Part shown: piece after piece, positions 21,910 through 31,209 of the stretch
Position numbering within the stretch: the first letter of the stretch is position 1
How the letters are laid out: every line of letters starts with the position of its first letter
Assembly: GCA_965222025.1 (NCBI GenBank)
Contig: CBDCTI010000010.1
Location: forward strand, 250,375-314,374
Reading direction: 5' to 3'
From: Dehalococcoidia bacterium
Lineage (GTDB): Bacteria > Chloroflexota > Dehalococcoidia > Lucifugimonadales > UBA3495
Length of the DNA: 64,000 nt
Position numbers and translations under genes: made by a program
The notes under the pieces: model-generated
The model's database searches: none
Seen by the model: the letters and a program-made list of their open reading frames with translations, nothing else
Told to the model about the DNA's origin: nothing

Positions 21910-23150
21910 GAATCCTCTGAACAAGTGGGGTGAGGTGTGGCATAGTTAGGCTGAACCAGCAGGTGCCTTTTGAGGGAGTGAAGGCAGATGGATCAGCCAA
22001 CTCATTCCGACCTGGAATGTCAAGCCAAAAAGCGCAAGACCCGCCGGGAACTGTTCCTGGAACGGGTGGACGGCCTGATTCCCTGGCAGATTCTGGAGGA
22101 TCGCGTCCATCCCTGCTACCCCAAGCCCGGAAAGGGAGAGACAGCCCTACCCGCTGTCCGTCATGCTGAAAACTCACTGCGTCCAGCTCTTCTACAACCT
22201 GAGCGACCCGGGCATGGAGGATCTGCTCTACGAGTCCGACCCGGTGCGGCGGTTCGTGGGGCTGAGGCTCTCAGGTCCCTTGCCCGACGAGACCAACCAT
22301 CCTAGACTTCCGTCATCTCCTGGAAAAACACAAGTTTGGGCAGGGGCCTCTGGAAGAAATCAACGCCCACCTGGAATCCCAGGGGATGCGGCTCAGGGAT
22401 GGAATCATCGTGGACGCCGCCATCATCGAGGCACGGCCCTCCACCAATAACCGGGCTGGGGAGCGGGACCCGGAGATGCATCAGACCAAGAAGGGGAACC
22501 AGCAGCACTTCGGGATGAAGGCGCACATCCTTCGGCAAGCTCAGAATGTTAGACGCCGATACCGGCATAGTACACAGCATGAGTGCGACGGCGGCCAACG
22601 CCCACGACGTCACGCAGGCGCACAATCTTCTGCACGGGTGTGAGACGGTGGTGTGGGGTGATGCCTGGTATCAGGGGTTCACAAAAGGGAGTAGAACCTG
22701 GGGCTGGGGGTGGAATGGCGGGTGGCGATGCCTCCGGGGCGTCGGCGGAAGCTGGAGCCTGGGAGCGAAGAGGCGCTGGTGGAGAAGGGGAAGGCGTCGG
22801 TGAGAGCCGAGGTGGAGCACCCATTTCTGATGCTGAAGCGGTTGTTCGGTTACGGCCAGAGCCTGCCCCCGAGCCCCATCGGGGGTACGCTAACGGGGGC
22901 TGGCGAAGAACATGGAGCGGCTCGCGCAGCTGTTCGGGCTGGGTAACCTGCAGACGGGGGAGGGTCAACTGGCGGCGTAGCGCACAATTACTGCGGGACA
23001 ACGCCGTTCTCAGGGCCGCATCAAGCCTCGAACAGCCCAGTCAGGGGAGAAACTCAAGAGCCCGGCGGCAAACCCCCGACTGGAGTTCTCACCCCTTTCG
23101 CAGTTCCGTCATACACAACCCAGGCCAATATCTCCTTGTTCAGAGGATTC
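21910..23150 (+). mobile_element. degenerate IS5-family (IS5-group) element
   Basis: IRs GAATCCTCTGAACAAG / CTTGTTCAGAGGATTC, flanked by CTAG on both sides. Transposase homology to the intact copy at 59343-60299 is spread over at least 5 overlapping ORFs in different frames (21988-22946). Confidence 0.85.
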
Positions 23151-23283
23151 CTAGGTCTCAGAGTTATACCATCACCCTTGCACAAGTCTGACTATGGCCC
23201 CCTGACGGTCGGGGCTAGTCTCGGTGCCCCACGTTGTCGAGCGAGGCTATTCCGTCATGTTGACACAAGGGGATCCAGGCGCC

Positions 23284-24984
23284 TTAGGCCGAATCCACCG
23301 ATAGAGGACGTCAGGTTAGCGACCTGAAGTGGTCAAAGGGTGCTCCTCTGAATCTGGGATAATGGTTTTCGAGAAAGGAAACCGACCCCAGAAAAGGAGC
23401 ACCCAATTGATGCTACCACGCAACCATCCCGACCGTATTCGCATCGTCTTTGACGACCACCGTCTGGTGGCCAATGCCGGCCTGCTCCTGCCGGCCACTC
23501 TCGCCCAACACCTGGGCCTGGGGGAACTCGTAGACCATCACCTCAATCTCGGCAGCGCGCCGGGCCGGGCCAACGCCGGCGACAAGATGATGACCCTGGT
23601 CGCCTCTGCCCTGGCTGGCGGCGATTGCATCGACGACGCCGATGCGCTGCGCGCCGGTGGGACGGCCGGTGTTCTCGACTGTAGGGTCAAGGCGCCATCC
23701 ACCCTGGGCACCTTCCTGCGCAGCTTCCGCTGGGGCCATGTCCGTCAGCTGGACCGGGTGATCCGGGAACTGCTGGCCCGGGCCTGGGCCGCCGGGGCGG
23801 GACCCGGCGACGCGCCGTTCACCATCGATCTGGACTCCACCATCTGCGAGACCTACGGACTGGCCAAGGAGGGGGCGCGACACCACGGCTATACCGGCAA
23901 GCGGGGCTATCACCCGCTGTTGGCCGTGGCCGCCGGCACCGGCGACGTGTTGATGTCCCGGCTGCGCGAGGGCCGGGCCAACACTGTTCGGGGCGCCGCC
24001 CACTTCCTGCGCGAGACGGTGGGACGGGTGCGCTACGCCGGCGCCAGGGGCCGACTCACGGTGCGGGCCGACAGCGGCTTCTATGCCCACGCCATCGTCG
24101 CCGTCTGCCGCAAGATGGATGTCCGCTACTCCATCACCATCCGCCAGCACAAAAGCCTGCGCAATCTCATCGAGGCCATACCCGAGACGGATTGGACGCC
24201 CATCCCATACTGGATGGACGGCGCCGCCGATGTGGCCGAGACCACCTACACTCCCTTTGAGAGTGAGGCCGGCGCCGCGCCGGTGCGGCTCATCGTCCGG
24301 CGTGTGAAGCCCACGCCCGGTTCCCAACTGGCCCTCTTCGCCACCTACAGCTATCACGGATTCATCACCGACCGGGACGGGGAGACCCTGGAGCTGGAGG
24401 CCGACCACCGCCGCCACGCCGAGATCGAGAACGCCATCCGGGACCTCAAGTACGGCGTCGGGCTGAACCACCTGCCGTCCGGCCGATTCGCCGCCAACGG
24501 CGCTTGGCTGGCGGTACAGGTGATGGCCCACAACCTGGCCCGCTGGACGGCCCGCATCGGCTTGCGCGAGCAGATCGTGACCACCAAGACCCTCCGGCGT
24601 CGGTTCTTCGCCCTGGCGGGACGGACCACCCGCTCGGCGCGCCGCCTCACTTTGCATCTTCCCAAGCATTGGCCCTGGGAAACCCAGTTCAGCAGCGCCC
24701 TGGCCCGGCTGCGAGCCATTCCACTCCCCGCCTGACGGCGCTGTCCGCAACCGCCCCAACACCTCCAAACTCGCGTCCGCCCCGCCCGCGAGTGCATCCT
24801 GCTGCGTCCGATCTCACTATCACGCGATTCCCAGCCTCCATAGACCGCTCTCCAGGTCCGGTGCGGCTACTGAAAACCCTCGCGGGGTCACATCGGTCCA
24901 ATGAAGCCCAGGCTTTCTCCCTTGCAGGCTCCCTCATCCCAATTTGCCCAGCATTCACGCCTCCCATCGGTGGATTCGGGCTAA
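23284..24984 (+). mobile_element. IS1380-family insertion sequence, copy A (1701 bp)
   Basis: Terminal IRs TTAGGCCGAATCCACCGA / TCGGTGGATTCGGGCTAA. The sequence reads identical to copy B (41226-42926) except one base in the left IR (G at 23288 versus C at 41230). Confidence 0.9.
23410..24735 (+). CDS. IS1380-family DDE transposase
   Basis: MLPRNHPDRIRIVFDDHRLVANAGLLLPATLA N-terminus after an AAGGAG RBS. Motifs include IDLDSTICETYG, RADSGFY and HRRHAEIENAIRDLKYGVGLNHLPSG. The tracked ORF starts earlier, at 23329. Confidence 0.9.
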   Translation: MLPRNHPDRIRIVFDDHRLVANAGLLLPATLAQHLGLGELVDHHLNLGSAPGRANAGDKMMTLVASALAGGDCIDDADALRAGGTAGVLDCRVKAPSTLGTFLRSFRWGHVRQLDRVIRELLARAWAAGAGPGDAPFTIDLDSTICETYGLAKEGARHHGYTGKRGYHPLLAVAAGTGDVLMSRLREGRANTVRGAAHFLRETVGRVRYAGARGRLTVRADSGFYAHAIVAVCRKMDVRYSITIRQHKSLRNLIEAIPETDWTPIPYWMDGAADVAETTYTPFESEAGAAPVRLIVRRVKPTPGSQLALFATYSYHGFITDRDGETLELEADHRRHAEIENAIRDLKYGVGLNHLPSGRFAANGAWLAVQVMAHNLARWTARIGLREQIVTTKTLRRRFFALAGRTTRSARRLTLHLPKHWPWETQFSSALARLRAIPLPA

Positions 24985-25281
24985 CGGCCCGGGCCGGGTC
25001 GCGCTGGAAGCTGCCAGGAGGGCCTGATAGACGGGCACGCCCCGACGCAGTACCTGCTGGCCCTCCAGCCACTGGGCGTCCGTGCGGGTTTCCACCACTC
25101 TGAGGGCGGCGGTGCGTACCCGTGCGGTTGTCGTGGGTTCTCCCCTGCTCCGGCTTCGCAGGGCCAGCGGCGTTTCCGGCTTGAGGGTATCGGAGTCGCT
25201 GGGCCTGGTGAGCATGATGACTGCGCCGTCTTCGGTGGTCCTGTCGATGAACCCCAGGGGCAGGATACGGTTTTCGGCCAT
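24985..25281 (-). pseudogene. 5' fragment (about 99 codons) of an unknown gene truncated by IS1380 copy A
   Basis: Good RBS (AGAGAGG) before the ATG at 25281. The reading frame runs straight into the IS1380 right end at 24984. No family was recognised. Confidence 0.4.
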
Positions 25282-25433
25282 GATGCCTCTCTTTTTACTT
25301 TTGCCGGAAATCCGTGTCTGAATTCCCTATTGGGAGTATGTCCTGGTTTTCACGCCCTGTTTCAGCCTTGCGTACGGGCATTCCGTCACCGATCGGCCAT
25401 GAGGCCGGGCTTCCGGATGCGAAGTTCGTGACC

Positions 25434-26683
25434 CTAAACCAAAGCCAAGGTGAAATGCGCAGACGCATAGGGTAGATTTGTGAGGTAACTGGATTAGCTG
25501 GTCTCAGGAGTTGTAGGGGTTGGTGATGAGTGTGAAGGAGATTGATCAGTTACTCGAACAGTGGGAGATGAACGTCAGGGATCTGCACCGGCGGGTGATT
25601 CTGGCGCCCACACCCAGGGAGCGGGAACGCTGGCACGCCGTCTGGCTGCTGGCCCAAGGTTGGACGGCATCGTCCACGGCGGAGGCACTGGGACGGGATC
25701 CCCACACCATAGGCCGGTGGTCCGCTGCCTTCGGCGAAGGCGGCCCAAAGGCCCTGATATTCGAGCAGACCGGGGGTTCCCCCCCGCCCTCGACGAGGCG
25801 GAGCAGGCGGCGCTGAAAGAAGCGGTGCAGGAGTTGCCAGATGCGGCGGGCATTGGTATGGCCAACTGGACCCTTCGACAAGCTCAGGAGGAGGGTGGTT
25901 CGTGAGTTCGTCGCCTTGTGGTTTGGCATCAGCCTGAGCCGCAGCAGTTGCCTGAACTACCTGCACCGGCTGGGATTCGCCTTCAAGCGTCCCAAGAAAC
26001 GTCTGTTAAAGGCGGATGAGGCCAAGCGGGAGTCATTCGTGGCGGAGTACGCCGCCCTGATGGAGGAGGCGTGTCAAAGCAACGCCAAGATATTCTTTGC
26101 TGACGAGGCCCATTTCCGTGCCGACGCCGAGTTGCGGGGCAAGTGGGTGTCGAGGGGAGAGCCGGCATTGGTGGACTCGACCAGTCCGAGGTACGGAGAA
26201 AAGGCCAGCTACTATTCGGCGGTGTGCTTGGAGACGGGGGAGGTGGAGTGGAAGGAACTGGAGGGGAACAGCAACAGCTAGACATCGGCAGCCTTCCTGG
26301 AGCAGTTGCGTGAGAGGTACTCCGGGCGTCTGAACGTGATCTGGGACAACGCGCCGGCACACCGTGGCGAAGCGGTGAGGGAGTATATCCGGACGCCAGG
26401 TCTGAACCTGCGGCTGGTGAACCTGCCAGGCTACAGCCCGGATTTCAACGCCGATGAGGCCATCTGGGGTTGGACGAGAGAGGAGACCACCGGGAACCTG
26501 TGTTTGGGAACCAGGGAGGCGGTCCATGAAAGGGTCAGCAGCTTCCTGGCCGGTCTGACCAACCGAAAGGACGAGGTGAGACGGCGCTGCCGGACCGTCC
26601 TGCAATCAAGGGCAGAAAGGCTATTGCAGGACTCCCAGCACCATCGCCAACCCCAGGCAAATGCACATCCCACCTAGTCTTTA
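25434..26683 (+). mobile_element. IS630/Tc1-mariner-like element, subtype 2, copy 1 (decayed; right IR split by IS1182)
   Basis: Left IR CTAAACCAAAGCCAAGGTGAAATGCGCA. Transposase pieces at 25520-25816, 25841-26281 and 26306-26677 have frameshifts and an in-frame TAG (26279-26281). The last bases of the right IR resume at 28342-28347. Confidence 0.8.
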
Positions 26684-28337
26684 CAGCCTGTCTCAAAAGT
26701 TGGAGTGTACACTTAGCGGAGACGCTAAGAGAGGAGATCGAAAGAGTGCCGCTTCGAGACATGCCCCGGGAGCAGGCCTGGCTGTTGCCGCCGTCCCTTG
26801 ATGAGTTGTTGCCGTTGGATCATCCTGCCCGTTTCGTGGCCGAATTCGTTGACGCCCTGAACCGAGAGGACTGGAAGGAACTCGGCGTCGAGATAGAAGG
26901 CGACCCGCTGGGAGCGCCGGCCTATCATCCCCGGGCACTGCTGAGCGTCTGGCTGTATGGCTTCATGACCGGAATTCGCTCCAGCCGCAAGCTGGAGGCG
27001 GCCTGCCGCGACCAGATATCCTATCTGTGGCTGACCGGCTGGCAGCACCCGGACCACAACACCCTGTGGCGGTTCTACAAGGATCATCGCCAGGCAATGA
27101 GAGGTCTCCTCAAGCGAACGGTGCGAACGGCAGTGGCGATGAAGTTGGTGGACTTGGCGGTACAGGCGGTGGACGGGACCAAGTTATCTGCCAACGCATC
27201 GTCTAAACGCAGTTACGATGCCGAGGGACTGGCCAAACTGCTGGAGCGGTTGGACCGGGCCATCGCCGAACTGGAGGACCAGAATGAAGGGGAAACCGAG
27301 AGGGCTCCGGTGCATCTCCCGGAGGAATTGGCCGACAAGAGGACCTTGCGCGACCGGGTGCGCCGGGCGATGGATGAACTGGAGGACCTGAAGGGCCGCA
27401 AGAATATCAACCTGACGGACCGGGACGCCCGGTTCATGAAAATGAGGCAGGGCTTCTTGCCGGCCTACAACGCCCAGGGCATGGTTTCACCGGTAAATAC
27501 AGGCCAGGAAACGTCAGGCATGCTGGTCACGGCCGTTGAAGTGGTGGATGAACCGGCAGAATACGCTAGGCTGATCCCGATGCTCCAAAGGGCGGAGGAG
27601 ACCACCGGAGTCAAGACGCCATTGACCCTGGCCGATGCTGGATACCATTCGGCAGCGGCGCTACAGGAATGCGCTGACCGCGGTCAGCAGGTGGCGATGC
27701 CGGAGTCGCCCAGAGGAATGGCGCTGGACCACCCCTACCACAAGGACCGGTTCACCTATGATGCCGACAGCGACACATACAGGTGTCCCCAAGGCCAGGT
27801 GCTGAGCCTGGTGCGCGGCAGGTTCGCCAGGAAAACGAACAAGAGAATGTACCAAGCCCCCAAGCATGTTTGCCAGGCGTGTCCGGTTGCCGGAGCGTGC
27901 CTCACCCGTGGTTCTCCCAGCCGGAGCTTGGCAATAAGCCCCTATGACGCTGCCCTGCGCCGTCATCGCGCCTGGATGGCCACAGACGAGGCTCGTTCGG
28001 CGTTCAAGAAGAGAAAGCAACTGGTGGAACCCGTCTTCGGGATCATCAAGGAACAGCAGGGGTTAAGGAGGTTCCTGTTGCGAGGTGTTGGCAACGTCGC
28101 TGCCGAATGGGCCCTGCTGGCCACCGCCTTCAACCTGCGGACTCTGTGGCGTGTCTGGAGTGCCCGGAGTCCGAATTACTCCGTACCTCGGGGAGCGAAC
28201 CGTGCTCACGGCATAGTCGCCAACGCGACTGCTAACCGGTTGCACTGCCTGACCAATTCCCTTTACCCCCGTAGCCGATGAATTTGCCGCAACGCCAGTC
28301 TCCGGGAAGTCCATTTGTGGCCTTATGAGACAGGCTG
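26684..28337 (+). mobile_element. IS1182-family insertion sequence
   Basis: IRs CAGCCTGTCTC / GAGACAGGCTG, with a 4-bp direct duplication TTTA (26680-26683 and 28338-28341). Encodes an intact 511-aa transposase. Confidence 0.85.
26746..28281 (+). CDS. IS1182-family transposase
   Basis: N-terminal LLPPSLDELLPLDHPARFV, GAPAYHPRALLSVWLYGF and a DDE region (AVDGTKL...LADAGYHS). C-terminal Cys cluster and LVEPVFGIIKEQQGLRRFLLRG. Confidence 0.85.
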   Translation: MPLRDMPREQAWLLPPSLDELLPLDHPARFVAEFVDALNREDWKELGVEIEGDPLGAPAYHPRALLSVWLYGFMTGIRSSRKLEAACRDQISYLWLTGWQHPDHNTLWRFYKDHRQAMRGLLKRTVRTAVAMKLVDLAVQAVDGTKLSANASSKRSYDAEGLAKLLERLDRAIAELEDQNEGETERAPVHLPEELADKRTLRDRVRRAMDELEDLKGRKNINLTDRDARFMKMRQGFLPAYNAQGMVSPVNTGQETSGMLVTAVEVVDEPAEYARLIPMLQRAEETTGVKTPLTLADAGYHSAAALQECADRGQQVAMPESPRGMALDHPYHKDRFTYDADSDTYRCPQGQVLSLVRGRFARKTNKRMYQAPKHVCQACPVAGACLTRGSPSRSLAISPYDAALRRHRAWMATDEARSAFKKRKQLVEPVFGIIKEQQGLRRFLLRGVGNVAAEWALLATAFNLRTLWRVWSARSPNYSVPRGANRAHGIVANATANRLHCLTNSLYPRSR

Positions 28338-28420
28338 TTTAGTTTAGGACGACGTCAGGCGTTCGAAGTTGCCCCTAATCCACTCAGCGAGAACGTTACA
28401 CGTTCCAGGAGACATACTCT

Positions 28421-29254
28421 GTGAGAAATGAAGACGTAGCATCCATCGTTTCCACGACGCAAGCCTACTACGACGGCCCTGCTGACGAGATCTACCGGAC
28501 TATCTGGGGCGACAACATACACCTTGGCGTCTACTGCAGCGAGGAATGCCACCAGCTGGAGGCCAAGGAACACACCAACGAGATTATGGCTACTGCCGTA
28601 CCGCTGGGGCCGGACATACAAGTCCTTGACCTCGGCTGCGGCTATGGCTCGGCCGCCCGCTACCTTGCCGCAAGCTTCGGCTGCAGGGTCACCGGCACCA
28701 ACATCAGCGAAAAGGAGCTGGAGCTGGCCCGCACCCGCAGCAAGGAGGCCCACCTCGAACACCTGCTGAACTTCGAGTACGGGGACTTTCATCAACTGGG
28801 ATACTCCGATGAGTCCTTCGACGTGATCTGGAGCCAGGATGCGTTCCTTCATGCAGCCGACAAGATGGCGGTGCTGTCGGAGTGCCGCCGCGTCCTCAGG
28901 CCGGGCGGCGCGCTTGTCTTTACCGACATCCTGGTGTCGCGGGAAACCCCGGACGAGGATCGGGCAAGAATATACGACCGGGTGAAGTCGCCGGACATGT
29001 GGGACCTGGGAGACTACCGAAGGGCTTTCTCCAGCCTGAAATTCCCCATCACCAGGGAGGAGGACTGGTCGCGTAATGTGGCACCTTCATATGCTTGGGT
29101 GAGGGACGGGCTTCAAGAGAAACGGGAGGCCCTGCTGCCACGCGTCGGCGCCGAGACCATCGACAACACCGTTGCGTCCCTGACCTTCTGGGTTGAGTCG
29201 GCAGAATCGGGCAAGATCGGCTGGGCGCTGATAGTCGCAAAGAAACCTGAGTGA
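28421..29254 (+). CDS. class I SAM-dependent methyltransferase (sarcosine/dimethylglycine N-methyltransferase-like)
   Basis: VLDLGCGYGSAARYLA SAM motif I and RPGGALVFTDIL post-motif. N-terminal YYDGPADEIYRTIWGDNIHLG and C-terminal GKIGWALIVAKK resemble GSMT/SDMT-type enzymes as I recall them. AGGAGA RBS, GTG start. Confidence 0.65.
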   Translation: MRNEDVASIVSTTQAYYDGPADEIYRTIWGDNIHLGVYCSEECHQLEAKEHTNEIMATAVPLGPDIQVLDLGCGYGSAARYLAASFGCRVTGTNISEKELELARTRSKEAHLEHLLNFEYGDFHQLGYSDESFDVIWSQDAFLHAADKMAVLSECRRVLRPGGALVFTDILVSRETPDEDRARIYDRVKSPDMWDLGDYRRAFSSLKFPITREEDWSRNVAPSYAWVRDGLQEKREALLPRVGAETIDNTVASLTFWVESAESGKIGWALIVAKKPE

Positions 29255-29527
29255 CAGTGCCCGGCTGATTGTGTTTAAGCCCCGGGAAATTGACTAAACC
29301 TTGAGTGCTGAATTCGGGTGCTGTCTCAGGAAGGGAGAGCAGGCGCTTCAGTCAGGGCCTGTTTGACATCTATTGCTGCGGGGGCCGCACGTGCTGTGCC
29401 AGCTGGCGGATGGTCTCGGTGAAAGTCCGGTCGCTGTCCCTCATCTCGGGGAATTCCTCTCCGAGGGGTGTGCTGCCGATCAACCGATACATTTCCGCAA
29501 CACCCTTAAAGAGGTGCGGGGTCATTC

Positions 29528-30797
29528 CTAAACCAAAGCGAAGGTGAAACCCGCATATACGTCGGCTAGAATCAGGGAGTCATAGCGTCAGGAACGGGAG
29601 CGGGCTGAGTGAGGATGGGTATGAGGGGGATAAGGCCGGACTTGGAGCGGTGGCAGTTGGATTTGGCTGGTGTGCGCCGCAGGATGTACCTGGCGCCGAC
29701 GACGCCTCGGGAAAGAGAACGGTGGCACGCTCTGTGGCTCCTGTGCCGGGGCATGACCGCCTCTGCCACTGCCCAGGCACTGGGCCGGAATGCTCACACC
29801 ATCGGCAGATGGGCCACCGCCTTTAGCGAGGGAGATCCGGCGGCCCTGATATTCGAACAGTCCGGTGGTTCCCCCCCGCCTTCGAAGAGGCGCAGCAGGC
29901 GGCGTTGAGTGCCGCGGTGCAGGAGTTGCCCACCAAGTCGGGCATCGTAATGGCCAACTGGACCCCTCGGCAAGCTCAGGAGGAAGGTGGTGCGGCAGTT
30001 CCTCTCTGAGCGCTTCAGTATCAGCCTGAGCCGCAGCACTTGCCTGAACTATCTGCACCGTCTGGGATTCGTGCTAAAGCGCCCCAAGAAGCGTCTGCTC
30101 AAGGCTGATGCGGAGAAACGGGAGGCCTTCGTGGCGGAGTACGCCACCCTGGCATCCCAGGCTCAAGAGTCCGGGGAGAAGATATTCTTCGCCGACGAGG
30201 CTCACTTCCGTGCGGACGCCGAGTTGCGGGGCAAGTGGGTGCTGAGGGCAGAGCCAGCCTTGGTGGACTCGACCAGCTCGCGCTACGGAGAGAAGGCCAG
30301 CTACTATTCGGCGGTGTGCTTGGAGACCGTCGAGGTGGAGTGGATGGAACTGGGGGGGAACAGCAACGGAGAAAGCTCTGTGGCTTTCTTGGAACGGTTG
30401 CGGGAGAGGCAAGGCGGTCGGCTGGGCGTGATCTGGGACAATGCGCCGGCGTCCCTTCGGCAAGCTCAGGAGGGGTCCGGCGATGCGGTCATACCCGGAG
30501 ACCCCTGGCCTGAACTTGCGGTTGGTGAACCTGCCGGGCTGCAGCCCAGACTTCAACGCTGATGAGCCGGTCTGGGGCTGGGTGAGAGAGGGGGCGGCGG
30601 GGAATCCGTGTCTGGGAAGCAAGGCCCTGGTACAGCAGAGAGTCGGCAATTTCCGCTCCGGTCTGACCAGCCGGAGCGGCGAAGTAAAACGGCGCTGCCG
30701 GACCGTCCTGCAAGCAGGGGCCGAAGCACTCCTGCGAGACTCGCAGCCCGATTCCGGGCACACCCCAAATGCACATCCCACTTTGGCTTTGGTTTAG
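29528..30797 (+). mobile_element. IS630-like subtype 2, copy 2 (decayed)
   Basis: IRs CTAAACCAAAGCGAAGGTGAAAC... / ...CCCACTTTGGCTTTGGTTTAG. Transposase homology is split across 29609-29908, 29987-30562 and 30441-30797. Confidence 0.8.
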
Positions 30798-31209
30798 GAG
30801 TGATGCGCCCATAGAGCAGAAACTTGTCCGTGATGAGCAGGGCTATGTCCCTACGGGGACCGCCCACGATACTGTAATATCGATCAGCGACTCTATGCAG
30901 CGTAACCACCCCGATTCAAAGCAAGGGGATACTCGCTTGGCGCTCGACAGACCCCTACGTGCAATAGGAGATGGCGGGCGGAGCTCGGCGTTGATCGGCT
31001 CAGTTGGACGTGCTGGCGATCACGATCGTGTGCGCGCTGATTACAGCAGTGCTGGTAGTGCTGCGGCGATGATCGTGGGGGGGTCGTACCAGAACCTGCG
31101 ACTGCGCCGTGTCGTGGAGCGAGCGGGAACCAAGCTCGGGGAGCAGCCATAGGCGGTGTCTCTCCGGCATTGTTAGCCTCCCCCATGGACGTAGTGAGAG
31201 TGATGAGCC

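Noticed and set aside
23413-24768. 451-aa minus-strand ORF inside IS1380 (duplicated at 41355-42710)
   Set aside because: It is fully antisense to the recognisable IS1380 transposase, with a G/A/P/V-rich translation and no motifs. It is a shadow ORF that appears twice only because the IS is duplicated.
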